DNA of 15,313 nucleotides, from assembly GCA_949012915.1 (NCBI GenBank), contig CARLBU010000004.1:1-15313 (forward strand), read 5' to 3'. This document shows, in pieces, positions 15,282 to 15,313 of this stretch (positions are counted from its first letter, which is position 1; the number at the start of each line of letters is the position of its first letter). The DNA is from an uncultured Lachnospiraceae bacterium (GTDB lineage Bacteria; Bacillota; Clostridia; Lachnospirales; Lachnospiraceae). The position numbers and the translations under genes were made by a program. Below the pieces are notes generated by a model. That model made no database searches, was not told the origin of the DNA, and saw nothing but the letters and a program-made list of their open reading frames with translations.

Positions 15282-15313
15282 TATATTCGAAAAGCTATTT
15301 GTGCCGAAAGGAA

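Overview
This 15.3-kb window looks like chromosome from a low-GC, endospore-forming Firmicute, probably Clostridia-like. The evidence is an alpha/beta-type SASP gene, an addB-addA operon with GTG/TTG starts, a minimal sufC-sufB operon and Firmicute-type tmRNA. All calls come from reading the sequence and from motif recall; no database search was run. The left ~3.3 kb is a mosaic accessory stretch and may be decayed remnants of an integrative or conjugative element. It holds, in order, a GC-rich, 5'-truncated large serine recombinase fragment; a low-GC ICMT/PEMT-family membrane methyltransferase gene; a GC-rich module of a small coupled ORF plus an IstB/DnaC-like ATPase with a degenerate P-loop; and a low-GC module of a TIGR04076-family protein, an iron-sulfur flavoprotein (flavodoxin-like) and a divergent HxlR-family regulator with a palindromic operator. 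The centre is addB-addA (AddAB helicase-nuclease), translationally coupled. The right part carries an alpha/beta SASP gene, a consensus sigma-A promoter driving sufC-sufB plus a co-transcribed 112-aa protein consisting of a bare MCP signalling-tip motif, a terminator, then ssrA (tmRNA) from a consensus promoter, tRNA-Pro(CGG) and a terminator. The most unusual content is non-coding, in the two large intergenic regions that bracket addBA. Upstream (3714..3943) is a 230-bp compound near-perfect inverted repeat with nested perfect hairpins. Downstream (11220..12115) two 100% identical 92-bp inverted repeats, each inside its own 22-26-bp hairpin stem, flank a 459-bp segment that contains about four degenerate 52-bp tandem repeats and a G-rich tract. 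That architecture fits an invertible DNA switch, a MITE pair or a novel structured RNA. No CRISPR array and no complete mobile element were found.
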